Shown here one piece after another: positions 17,099-25,396 of a stretch of DNA of 32,000 nt. Position 1 is the first letter of the stretch. The number at the start of each line of letters is the position of its first letter. The notes beneath the pieces were generated by a model. It worked only from the letters and a program-made list of their open reading frames with translations, was not told the DNA's origin and searched no databases. This stretch comes from Pseudomonas aeruginosa (lineage in GTDB: Bacteria > Pseudomonadota > Gammaproteobacteria > Pseudomonadales > Pseudomonadaceae), in contig NZ_LN831024.1 of NCBI RefSeq assembly GCF_001457615.1, forward strand, positions 2,670,001 to 2,702,000. The letters are read 5' to 3'. A program made the translations under genes and the position numbers.

Positions 17099-18118
17099 AT
17101 GTCCCGAGTGATCCGTTTTCATCAGTTTGGCCCGCCAGAGGTCCTCAAATGCGAAGAGCTGCCGACCCCGGCGCCGGCCGCAGGGGAAGTCCTGGTGCGT
17201 GTCCAGGCGATCGGCGTGAGCTGGAAGGATGTGCTCTGGCGTCAGAACCTGGCCCCGGAGCAGGCTGCGCTGCCGTCCGGTCTCGGCTTCGAACTGGCCG
17301 GCGAGGTGCTGGCGGTCGGCGCCGGCGTCGGCGACCTGCCGCTGGGTTCCCGCGTGGCCAGTTTCCCCGCCCATACCCCCGATCATTATCCGGCCTATGG
17401 CGACGTGGTGCTGATGCCGCGCGCGGCCCTGGCGGTCTACCCCGAGGTACTCACCCCGGTGGAGGCCAGCGTCTACTACACCGGCCTGCTGGTGGCCTAT
17501 TTCGGCCTGGTCGACCTGGCCGGGTTGAAGGCCGGGCAGACCGTGCTGATCACCGAGGCGGCGCGCATGTACGGACCGGTCTCGATCCAGTTGGCCAAGG
17601 CTCTCGGCGCGCGGGTGATCGCTTCCACCAAGTCCGCCGAGGAGCGCGAGTTCCTCCGCGAGCAGGGCGCCGACAAGGTGGTGGTGACCGACGAGCAGGA
17701 CCTGGTCCTGGAAGTCGAGCGCTTCACCGAGGGCAAGGGCGTCAATGTCATCCTCGACGAATTGGGCGGCCCGCAGATGACCCTGCTCGGCGATGTCTCC
17801 GCCACCCGCGGCAAGCTGGTGCTGTATGGCTGCAACGGCGGCAACGAGTCGGCGTTCCCGGCCTGCGCCGCGTTCAAGAAGCACCTGCAGTTCTACCGCC
17901 ACTGCCTGATGGATTTCACCGGTCATCCGGAGATGGGCCTGGAACGCAACGACGAGTCGGTGAGCAAGGCCCTCGCGCACATCGAGCAACTGACCCGCGA
18001 TCGCCTGCTCAAGCCGGTGGTCGACCGGGTATTCGAGTTCGACCAGGTGGTCGAGGCGCACCGCTACATGGAAACCTGTCCGAAGCGCGGCCGGGTGGTG
18101 ATCCACGTCGCCGATTGA
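17099..18118 (+). CDS. mexS: MexS, zinc-less/zinc-type quinone oxidoreductase family protein that modulates MexT-dependent expression
   Basis: 339-aa MDR-family oxidoreductase, MSRVIRFHQFGPPEVLKCEELPTPAPAAGEVLVRVQAIGVSWKDVLWRQN..., divergent from mexT. Confidence 0.95.
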   Translation: MSRVIRFHQFGPPEVLKCEELPTPAPAAGEVLVRVQAIGVSWKDVLWRQNLAPEQAALPSGLGFELAGEVLAVGAGVGDLPLGSRVASFPAHTPDHYPAYGDVVLMPRAALAVYPEVLTPVEASVYYTGLLVAYFGLVDLAGLKAGQTVLITEAARMYGPVSIQLAKALGARVIASTKSAEEREFLREQGADKVVVTDEQDLVLEVERFTEGKGVNVILDELGGPQMTLLGDVSATRGKLVLYGCNGGNESAFPACAAFKKHLQFYRHCLMDFTGHPEMGLERNDESVSKALAHIEQLTRDRLLKPVVDRVFEFDQVVEAHRYMETCPKRGRVVIHVAD

Positions 18119-18137
18119 AGACGACCCGCAGCGAAAG

Positions 18138-18163
18138 AGCCCGGCCATCGAGCCGGGCTTTTT
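18138..18163 (+). terminator. Rho-independent terminator of mexS
   Basis: AGCCCGGC (18138-18145) CATCGA GCCGGGCT (18152-18159) followed by TTTT. Confidence 0.88.
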
Positions 18164-18257
18164 CGTGGGGGACAGAGGTCTCTGGGTTCTGGTCGCCAGC
18201 GCGTTAGGAGAGCAAAGGGACAGTTCGACTCTTCTTGAAAATATCTGTAATCCGGCT

Positions 18258-18926
18258 TCAGATCATTTGAAGCCCCAAGCGACCGAGGCTCGCCGCCAGT
18301 CGCAGGCGCGAGGTCTGCCAGTTGCCGAGGGCGCGGATGTGCTGGTCCTCGGCGCTGGCGTAGGCGGTCAGGGCGTTGAGCAGCTCGATCATGCTGCCGA
18401 CCCCTGAGCGGTAGCGGCCCTGCACCACCTCCAGGCTTTGCCGCGACTGTTCGACCAGTTCGCGGGTGCGCGCCAGGCTGCGGGTCTCGACGCTGAGCGA
18501 CTGGTAGTTGTTCCACACCTCCAGCGAAACCTGCTGCTCGGTGTCGGCCAGCTCCGCTTCGCTGGCTTCGCGGCGGGCCAGGGCGTTGCGGACCTGGTAG
18601 GTGCGTTCGAAGCCTTCGAACAACGGGATGTTCAGTTGCAGGCCGATGCTGCGGTCGCGTTCGCGGGTATCGCCGTTGAACGCCATCGCCTGGTCGCTAT
18701 GGCTGCGTGCCAGGTTGGCGCTCAGCGCCAGGCTCGGCCGGCCGGCGGCGCGGCTTTCCTCCACCGAGGCGGCGGCGGCTTTCAGCCGCGCCTGGGCGGC
18801 GAGCAGCGCCGGATGCTCGCGGCGGGCTTCGGCGAGCATCTCGTCGATGGCCTTGACGAAGCCGGTGTCGGGTTGCGCCTCCAGCTCGCCGGAGAGGCGC
18901 AGCGGGGTATCCGGCGCCAGGCCCAT
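18258..18926 (-). pseudogene. C-terminal fragment of a TolC-family outer membrane efflux/secretion protein
   Basis: 222-aa ORF starts mid-domain (MGLAPDTPLRLSGELEAQPDTGFVKAIDEMLAEARREHPALLAAQARLKAAAASVEESRAAGRPSLALSANL) and contains only the second OEP repeat; no signal peptide or first repeat upstream in frame. Confidence 0.72.
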
Positions 18927-19031
18927 GCGCAGGGCGCACTTCCGCCAAATTTTCCGAGTCCTGCACCTATAGCTCCACCAGCTCCTGTTGCTGCGGCATC
19001 AAGACTGTTTCCTCCTGACACAATATCCATC

Positions 19032-19511
19032 TCAATGATGCTTAGTTCGCGCACCTGATAACTCCTTTGAGATTTTTTCAAAAGATATTAGTAAAGCGAT
19101 AATGCAAGAGCTAAGTAGTATTAGGCCGGTTGTAGATGATGACAGTTTTGCTCCTGGTGATATATCGCTATTGCCAATCAGATAGAGGCCGAATAAGCCT
19201 GTGGAGATCATGATTAGAAGCCCGCTAAGTGTTTGAATGCGTTTTCGTGGCTCTAGTTGGTTAGATTTTTCTTTGTTTAGCTCTTTAAGCGCTTTTGTTG
19301 TTGAAATAAGATGAATGATTCCTGTGTAAAATATTATGGCGCAGATTGATAATGTTGCGTCAATGGTTGCTAGCCATTTTTTCTCCATTCCTAGTTGGTC
19401 ATTGAAGATTGAGAAGAGTATGGCGATTCCCGCTCCGTAGCCGGAAATTATGAGTGTAGGACTTCTCCTGATTTTATCTATCTTGAGTTTGCTAAAATTG
19501 TGTTCTGACAA
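19032..19511 (-). CDS. Hypothetical integral membrane protein with four predicted TM segments
   Basis: 159 aa, low-GC ORF; hydrophobic segments TLIISGYGAGIAILFSIF, IDATLSICAIIFYTGIIHLI, IQTLSGLLIMISTGLFGLYLIG, TTGLILLSSCIIALLISF. No family recognised. Confidence 0.6.
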   Translation of the reverse strand: MSEHNFSKLKIDKIRRSPTLIISGYGAGIAILFSIFNDQLGMEKKWLATIDATLSICAIIFYTGIIHLISTTKALKELNKEKSNQLEPRKRIQTLSGLLIMISTGLFGLYLIGNSDISPGAKLSSSTTGLILLSSCIIALLISFEKISKELSGARTKHH

Positions 19512-19885
19512 TTTTATATTCCCTGCTGGTTGGGGTGGTGTGGCGTTAGTTTTTTAGCACGATATCGTTCTTGATGTGTGTAAGAGAATTCTGTGAAAAC
19601 TAATGGATTTTTCTTGCGTGAGAGGCTTTGGGTGTCATGGAGTAGACAGAAGCATGTTTGACGGTCTAGGTGGGGGCGCTTTTGAAATGCCCTTGGGAGG
19701 GGTTTTTGAAGGATGTGGAGATGTGTCGTTTCTGGCGGTTTTGGAAATTTATTATGTGCCTTGGCAGTTTTTATTCTTGAGCGTGCTGTGTTTTAGAGGA
19801 TGTCTCCAATGGCAGGTTTGCATGTATATGTAGGCGCTATGGCGGCGCGAATATACATTGCCGCCAAAGCAAACTGCTTATTCGT

Positions 19886-20260
19886 TCAGATCCACAGATC
19901 GTTGACCGCCGTCCGCTCGCCGCCCTGGTCGCCGGTATTGCGCACGCCGCAGGGCTCCACCAGGAGCATGCGCACCTCGCCCTCGGCGAACGGCTTGTGC
20001 TCCACGCCGCGCGGCACCACATACATCTCGCCGGGGCCCAGATGCACCGCGCCGTCGCGGAAATCGATGCGCAGGCGACCGGCGAGGACGATGAAGGTCT
20101 CGTCGGTGTCGGCGTGGCTGTGCCAGACGAAGTCGCCTTCGATCTTCACCAGCTTGAACTGGTAGTCGTTCATCTGGGCGATCACCCTGGGTTGCCAGCG
20201 GTCGTCGAACAGGGCGAGCTTGGCGGCGAAGTTGATCGCTTGGGTTGTGCTGGTGGACAT
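19886..20260 (-). CDS. Cupin-domain protein
   Basis: 124 aa; [45 protein letters not shown] is a canonical cupin motif pair. Confidence 0.88.
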   Translation of the reverse strand: MSTSTTQAINFAAKLALFDDRWQPRVIAQMNDYQFKLVKIEGDFVWHSHADTDETFIVLAGRLRIDFRDGAVHLGPGEMYVVPRGVEHKPFAEGEVRMLLVEPCGVRNTGDQGGERTAVNDLWI

Positions 20261-20340
20261 CGGTGCGCTCCGGTGGTTGGTCTCTGGCGCCAGGGTAGGC
20301 GGCTACGGAGCGGGCGGTCTTGGATGATCGTGCAACCTGG

Positions 20341-21156
20341 CTAGGCGCGGCCGAGCATACGCAGCCAGCGTGCCGGTGGCAGGCCGTAGCTCTGGCCGAA
20401 ATGGCGGGTCATGTGGCTCTGGTCTGTGAAACCGGCGGCAAGCGCGGCTTCGGCCAGCGTCTGGCCGCCGAGCATCAGCCGGCGGGCGATGTCCAGCCGG
20501 CGCTGGATCAGGTAGCGGTAGGGGCTGGTGCCGAACAGCGCGCGGAAATCGCGCGACAGGCTCCAGCGTTCTCGCTGGGCGACCTGCGCCAGTTCGTCGA
20601 GGCCCAGCGGGCGCTCCAGGTGCGCGTGGATGTACTGCCGGGCGCGCTCGGCGGCGACGAAGTCGAAGTGGCGCCTGCCGCGCGCCCGGTTGCCGGCCAC
20701 GGCGTCGAGGGTGTGGGCCAGTTCGAACAGGGCGTCCTGTTCTTCCAGCGGCTCCAGCGGGGTATCCATGGCCTGTAGCAGGGTCCGGCTGGCGGCGATC
20801 AGGCGCGGGTCGTCGGACAAGCCCCCGCGCACGAACGGCAGCGGCCGGCCGCCGAGGGCCTGCTGGATCAGCGCCGGCTCGACGTAGAGCATCCGGTAGC
20901 GGAACCCTTCCTGGCTGCCGGCCTCGCCGTCGTGCAGCTCGTCGGGATGCAGCACCAGGCAGCCGCCCGGCAGGCTGTGGCGCTGGCTGCGGCGATAGCG
21001 GAAGCTCTGCACCCCGGCCAGGGTCTGGCCGATGGCATAGGTGTCGTGGCGATGCGGATCGTAGCCGTGGCCGGCGAAGTAAGCCTCGATGCGTTCCACC
21101 GCACCGTGTTGCGGGGCGCGTCGAACCCAGTCGCGGGGCGTATTGGCGTGGCTCAT
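20341..21156 (-). CDS. AraC-family transcriptional regulator with cupin-like sensor domain
   Basis: MSHANTPRDWVRRAPQHGAVERIEAYFAGHGYDPHRHDTYAIG...; C-terminal HTH TLAEAALAAGFTDQSHMTRHFGQSYGLPPARWLR. Start at 21156 in ORF 20341..21363. Confidence 0.9.
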   Translation of the reverse strand: MSHANTPRDWVRRAPQHGAVERIEAYFAGHGYDPHRHDTYAIGQTLAGVQSFRYRRSQRHSLPGGCLVLHPDELHDGEAGSQEGFRYRMLYVEPALIQQALGGRPLPFVRGGLSDDPRLIAASRTLLQAMDTPLEPLEEQDALFELAHTLDAVAGNRARGRRHFDFVAAERARQYIHAHLERPLGLDELAQVAQRERWSLSRDFRALFGTSPYRYLIQRRLDIARRLMLGGQTLAEAALAAGFTDQSHMTRHFGQSYGLPPARWLRMLGRA

Positions 21157-21182
21157 GGGGAAAGGCTCGTGGCGCGGAAGGT

Positions 21183-21947
21183 TCAGGCTAGCGCTTCGTT
21201 GGCGCGACTGGAATAGCCGGACGGCGTCTCGCCGAATACTGCGCGGAAGGCACTGGCGAAGCTGCTCGGGCTTTCGTAGCCGAGCGACCAGGCGACCTCG
21301 CCGACCGCCTGGCCCGCTGCCAGCCGTTCGACGGCCGCGTGCAGTCGCGCCAGTTGCCGCCATTGCGCGAAGCTCATGCCGGTCTCGGCGCCGAACAGCC
21401 GGCTCAGGCTACGGCTGCTGAGGCCCGCCCAGCGTGCCCATTCGGCCGCCGGCCGCGGATCGCCGGGGTTGGCCAGCAATGCCTCGGCGATCCTGCGCAG
21501 GCGCGAATCCCCCGGATAGGGCAGGCGGGTCCGCTGGGGCACGGCGTGGCGCAGTTCGTCCAGCAGCACGCGCAGCAGGTTCTCGCGTTCGGTGTTCCAG
21601 GCGGAGCCGGTCGGCCAGCGGGTGGCGCGTTCGACGATCAGCGCCACGAAAGCCGAGCAGGCGAGCACGCCGGGGTGCCGGGGCAGGTCGCGGCAGTGTT
21701 CGGCGGCGAGGTAGGCGCTCCAGCCCGCCAGGCTGCCGTGGGAGTGCGCCGAGTGTGGGTGACCCGGTGGGATCCAGGCGATCTGGCGCGGAGGCAGGGC
21801 CTGGCGGCCATGCTCGTCCTCGACCACCAGAAGGCCGCGCTCCAGGCAGTAGAGCTGGCCGCAGGCATGGCGGTGGGAGGCCGTGCGGCTGGCTGCGCGG
21901 TCGATGCGCAGGGCGAAGAGCGGGACGGGCAGGGGTTCCGGAAGCAT
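21183..21947 (-). CDS. AraC-family transcriptional regulator
   Basis: 254 aa; cupin-like N-terminus and HTH GQAVGEVAWSLGYESPSSFASAFRAVFGETPSGY. Confidence 0.9.
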   Translation of the reverse strand: MLPEPLPVPLFALRIDRAASRTASHRHACGQLYCLERGLLVVEDEHGRQALPPRQIAWIPPGHPHSAHSHGSLAGWSAYLAAEHCRDLPRHPGVLACSAFVALIVERATRWPTGSAWNTERENLLRVLLDELRHAVPQRTRLPYPGDSRLRRIAEALLANPGDPRPAAEWARWAGLSSRSLSRLFGAETGMSFAQWRQLARLHAAVERLAAGQAVGEVAWSLGYESPSSFASAFRAVFGETPSGYSSRANEALA

Positions 21948-22044
21948 TTGGCGGAAAAGCGACGATGATTGGCTTGGGATGGATAATAGGCCATTCGACT
22001 GCGGATGTAGCCTGGCGGCTCATCATTCTTGCCTGGAGCACGCC

Positions 22045-22317
22045 ATGAAAGCCGAAGACATCCTTTCCGACCGACAGGACCGCATCCGCCTGGGCGGCGT
22101 GGAGATACGCAAGGGCAGCGTCGGCGCGTTCATCGCCAACGCCCGGCTGCTGCTTGAGGAGGAACTGCCCGCGGCGCAACGGCGGCAGGCCGAAGAAGAC
22201 CTGCGCGCCCTGCTGCCGGCGATCCGGGCACTGGGGCTGCTGGAACTCTTCGAACTGCGCGACGCGCGACTGCGGACGCTGGTGGCGGATTGGGAAAACG
22301 CCGCTGGCCGCTCCTGA
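22045..22317 (+). CDS. Conserved hypothetical small protein
   Basis: 90 aa MKAEDILSDRQDRIRLGGVEIRKGSVGAFIANARLLLEEELPAAQRRQAEEDLRALLPAIRALGLLELFELRDARLRTLVADWENAAGRS; ATG at 22045; high-GC coding bias. Confidence 0.6.
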   Translation: MKAEDILSDRQDRIRLGGVEIRKGSVGAFIANARLLLEEELPAAQRRQAEEDLRALLPAIRALGLLELFELRDARLRTLVADWENAAGRS

Positions 22318-22343
22318 GAGCGGCACACGGGCACTTGGAGGTA

Positions 22344-22538
22344 TCAGTCGTCGATGCAGCTTTCGATCAGGCGTTGCAGGGCTTCGCGCTCACTGACCGG
22401 CGTGCGCATCGGCATGTGCGCGAGGCTGCCGTCGCGGCGCTCGATGATGTACTCGGTCTCGAAGTGCAGGGTGCAATCCTCGAGGCTCACATAGGTGACG
22501 CCATAGGTCGGGGCCTTGCGGGAGCGGGCTGAGAGCAT
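22344..22538 (-). CDS. ptrC: Small 64-aa protein, PA2486/PtrC-like by position
   Basis: MLSARSRKAPTYGVTYVSLEDCTLHFETEYIIERRDGSLAHMPMRTPVSEREALQRLIESCIDD; strong AAGGAGG ribosome-binding site just upstream of the ATG at 22538; symbol by synteny only. Confidence 0.6.
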   Translation of the reverse strand: MLSARSRKAPTYGVTYVSLEDCTLHFETEYIIERRDGSLAHMPMRTPVSEREALQRLIESCIDD

Positions 22539-22554
22539 GGATGCCTCCTTGGGC

Positions 22555-22674
22555 TCATTTCTTCTCGCTGGTCGATGCGGGCGCGCTGGCCTGAACCGGG
22601 CGAGTAGGGGTCACTGCATTGCTGTAGAACGCGGAAGCGGCGAAGTAGCTGGCGAGGGCGCTGAAGCTGGACAT
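22555..22674 (-). CDS. Very small 39-aa protein, PA2485-like by position
   Basis: MSSFSALASYFAASAFYSNAVTPTRPVQASAPASTSEKK inside ORF 22555..22869; AGGAG ribosome-binding site before ATG at 22674; same direction as the next gene with a 16-nt gap. Confidence 0.5.
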   Translation of the reverse strand: MSSFSALASYFAASAFYSNAVTPTRPVQASAPASTSEKK

Positions 22675-22760
22675 GATCGGTTCTCCTGGGGAAGGGTGGG
22701 CGTCTGCCCTTGGAGAGCATGTTTGCCCAGCGGGAGAACCGGCAGAAGTAAAAAGCCTGC

Positions 22761-22784
22761 ATGGTGTATATCGAGCGCGGTGAT
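22761..22784 (-). promoter_or_regulatory. MexT box upstream of the small-protein operon
   Basis: Minus strand ATCACCGCGCTCGATATACACCAT matches ATCA-N5-GTCGAT-N4-ACYAT at all but one specified base. Confidence 0.78.
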
Positions 22785-22861
22785 GGATCAAGCGACCCCC
22801 TCCAGCCTTGCGACTGTTCGCCGGTGTTACCATATGACGTGTTTTTTTCTCAGGAATTCCC

Positions 22862-23476
22862 ATGGCCAAGCGTGGACGCCCCTGCGGCTTCGATCGTGAA
22901 CAGGCATTGCGCCGGGCGCTCGACGTGTTCTGGGAGGCCGGTTACGAAGGCGCGACCATGGCCGCGCTGAAGGAGGCCATGGGTGGCATCTGCGCGCCGA
23001 GCATGTATGCCGCCTATGGTTCCAAGGAGGCGCTGTTCCGTTCGGCGGTGGAACTCTACCTGAGCCAGGAGTGCCAGCTTTCCAAGGGCGCCTTCGCCCT
23101 GCCGACGGCGCGCGAGTCGATCGCCGCGCTGCTGGAAAGCGCCGCCGTCAGCTACACCACGGAAGGCAAGCCGCGCGGTTGCCTGGTCGACCTCAGCACG
23201 ACCAATTTCTCGCCGGCCAACAAAGGCGTCGAAGACTACCTGCGCGATCACCGGCGGCGCGCCGCGCGCCTGCTGCGCGAGCGTTTCGCACGAGGCGTGG
23301 CCGACGGCGACGTGCCGGCCGGAGCCGATCTCGACGCGCTCACCAGTTTCTACAGCAGCGTGCTTCAGGGCCTGTCGATCCAGGCCCGCGACGGCGCCAG
23401 CCGCCAGCAGTTGCTGGCCATCGGCCGCTGCGCGATGGCGGCCTGGGATTCCCTGCTGGCGGTCGAGGCCGCCTGA
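22862..23476 (+). CDS. TetR/AcrR-family transcriptional regulator
   Basis: MAKRGRPCGFDREQALRRALDVFWEAGYEGATMAALKEAMGGICAPSMYAAYGSKEALFRSAVELYL, TetR-type HTH, 204 aa. Confidence 0.93.
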   Translation: MAKRGRPCGFDREQALRRALDVFWEAGYEGATMAALKEAMGGICAPSMYAAYGSKEALFRSAVELYLSQECQLSKGAFALPTARESIAALLESAAVSYTTEGKPRGCLVDLSTTNFSPANKGVEDYLRDHRRRAARLLRERFARGVADGDVPAGADLDALTSFYSSVLQGLSIQARDGASRQQLLAIGRCAMAAWDSLLAVEAA

Positions 23477-23498
23477 CGCCACAGCGCGCCTTGACTGG

Positions 23499-23524
23499 AA
23501 AAAGCCCATGGATTCTCCGTGGGC
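23499..23524 (-). terminator. Terminator-like hairpin oriented leftward
   Basis: GCCCATGG (23504-23511) ATTCT CCGTGGGC (23517-23524), one wobble pair; AAAAA at 23499-23503 is a U tract only for minus-strand transcription. Confidence 0.4.
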
Positions 23525-23626
23525 AAAAACTATAACGCGTGATATAGAATTGATCCAAACCCCGGGCGAGGTCCTTCCGCGCGTGTCTCGCGCCCTGGCC
23601 ATCGCTCGCTGCCGATTGGAGCCTTC

Positions 23627-24628
23627 ATGACAACGCTTGCTGATATCCCCCTGTCCATGCTCGACCTGGTGCCGGTGCGCACCGGCGGCAGCGTGGCCGA
23701 AGCCCTGCACAACTCCCTGGACCTGGCGCGCCATGTGGAGCGCCTGGGCTTCAACCGTTTCTGGCTGGCCGAGCACCACAACATGGATGGCATCGCCAGT
23801 TCCGCCACCGCGCTGCTGATCGGCCATATCGCCGGCGGCACCTCGCGGATCCGCGTCGGCTCGGGTGGGGTGATGCTGCCGAACCATGCGCCGTTGGTGG
23901 TGGCGGAAAACTTCGGCACCCTGGAGACGCTCTACCCGGGCCGCATCGACCTCGGCCTTGGCCGCGCCCCCGGCGCCGACCAGGCGACCATGCGCGCCTT
24001 GCGTCGCGACCGCCTGGGCAACGGCGACGACTTCCCCGAGCAGGTCGCCGAGCTGGAAATGCTGCTCGGCCCGCGCCGTTCCCAGCAGAGCCTGCTGGCG
24101 GTGCCGGGCGAGGGTACCCAGGTGCCGATCTGGCTACTCGGTTCGAGCTTGTTCAGCGCCCACCTGGCGGCGCAGAAAGGCTTGCCCTATGCCTTCGCTT
24201 CGCATTTCGCACCGCGTTACCTGCACGAGGCGCTGCGCATCTACCGCAGCAACTTCCAGCCCTCGGCGGTACTCGACAAACCTTACGCGATGATCGGCGT
24301 GCCGCTGATCGCCGCACCTACCGACGAAGAGGCCGAGTTCCTCGCCACTACCGCCTTCCAGCGCGTGCTGGCGCTGATCCGCGGCGAGAGCCTGAAACAG
24401 AAGCCGCCGGTGGAAAGCATGGCGCCGTTGTGGCTGCCCCACGAGCAGGATGCGGTCGGCAGCTTCTTCGGCCTGGCGGTGATCGGCGGTCCGGAGAAGG
24501 TTCGCGCGCGCCTGGAGATCCTCCTGGAGCAGACCGGCGCCGACGAGCTTATCTTCACCAGCGACTTCTACGAGCACGCCCATCGGCTGCGCTCTTGCGA
24601 AATCGTCGCGGGGCTGAAAGGGGCGTGA
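23627..24628 (+). CDS. Luciferase-like (LLM class) flavin-dependent oxidoreductase
   Basis: 333 aa [116 protein letters not shown]. Confidence 0.95.
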   Translation: MTTLADIPLSMLDLVPVRTGGSVAEALHNSLDLARHVERLGFNRFWLAEHHNMDGIASSATALLIGHIAGGTSRIRVGSGGVMLPNHAPLVVAENFGTLETLYPGRIDLGLGRAPGADQATMRALRRDRLGNGDDFPEQVAELEMLLGPRRSQQSLLAVPGEGTQVPIWLLGSSLFSAHLAAQKGLPYAFASHFAPRYLHEALRIYRSNFQPSAVLDKPYAMIGVPLIAAPTDEEAEFLATTAFQRVLALIRGESLKQKPPVESMAPLWLPHEQDAVGSFFGLAVIGGPEKVRARLEILLEQTGADELIFTSDFYEHAHRLRSCEIVAGLKGA

Positions 24629-24689
24629 TCCGGGGCCTGTAGGGAAAATGATGTAGACCTGCGTGCGGTAGGGTCTTTCGGCGATAGGT

Positions 24690-24717
24690 TTTTTGGTTCT
24701 AAACTTAGAACTAAAAA
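24690..24717. promoter_or_regulatory. Operator-like inverted repeat upstream of the cytochrome operon
   Basis: TTTTTGGTTCTAA AC TTAGAACTAAAAA, 13-bp arms with one mismatch, ending 25 nt before the cytochrome ATG at 24743. Confidence 0.6.
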
Positions 24718-24742
24718 CAATAAGCCAGAGAGGAACCCTGCC

Positions 24743-25396
24743 ATGCCGGTTGCACACCGACTGCTGTTTTCATTGACCGCCTTGCTGGCGGCGACGGCCC
24801 AGGCCGCCGTCGACGGCCAGAAACTCTACACACAGGGCGGCGCCAACCCGGCCGCCGCGGCCTGCGTCACCTGCCACGGCGCCGATGGCATGGGCCTGGC
24901 CGCCGCCGGCTTTCCGCGCCTGGCGGGCCTTCCCGCCGCCTACCTGAGCAAGCAGCTGCACGACCTCAAGCAGGGCGGCAGTCGCGAGCACCCGGTGATG
25001 AAGGGCATAGCCGATGCTCTCGGCGACGACGAGATCCAGGCGCTCGCCAATACCCTCGCGGCAATGCCGGCGCCCAAGCCGGTGGAGCTGTCGCGCGTGG
25101 CCACCCCGCGCAGCCCCGGCGAGACCCTGGCGGTGCGTGGCGCCTGGGAGCGCAACATTCCCGAGTGCGTGACCTGTCACGGTCCGGCCGGCAGCGGCGT
25201 GGGGGAGGCCTTCCCGCCGTTGCAGGGGCAGGGCGAGATGTACCTGAGCAACCAGTTGCGCGCCTGGCAGCTTGGCACTCGCCGCAACGACCCGAACGAT
25301 CTGATGGGACATATCGCCAAATCCCTCAGCGAAGAGGAGATCCGCAGCGTCAGCCAGTTCTTCGCCACCCTCGGTCAGGCAGGAGGCCAGCCATGA
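24743..25396 (+). CDS. Cytochrome c4-type diheme protein, TsdB-like
   Basis: Signal peptide and two CXXCH motifs (CVTCHGADG, CVTCHGPAG); immediately upstream of a TsdA-like gene. Confidence 0.88.
   Translation: MPVAHRLLFSLTALLAATAQAAVDGQKLYTQGGANPAAAACVTCHGADGMGLAAAGFPRLAGLPAAYLSKQLHDLKQGGSREHPVMKGIADALGDDEIQALANTLAAMPAPKPVELSRVATPRSPGETLAVRGAWERNIPECVTCHGPAGSGVGEAFPPLQGQGEMYLSNQLRAWQLGTRRNDPNDLMGHIAKSLSEEEIRSVSQFFATLGQAGGQP

Noticed and set aside
18697-19081. Short minus-strand ORFs (18697..18966, 18782..19081) around the start of the TolC fragment considered as its missing N-terminus
   Set aside because: They are in different frames, partly overlap the fragment and show no signal peptide or TolC first-repeat character, so a simple frameshift does not explain the truncation.
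19603-19833. 76-aa plus-strand ORF (MDFSCVRGFGCHGVDRS...) in the AT-rich patch
   Set aside because: Gly/Phe-rich with no convincing RBS or homology; could be real but cannot be supported from sequence alone.
23530-23555. CTATA...TATAG near the LLM gene considered as a TetR operator
   Set aside because: Only 5-bp arms match around a non-palindromic centre; too weak to call.
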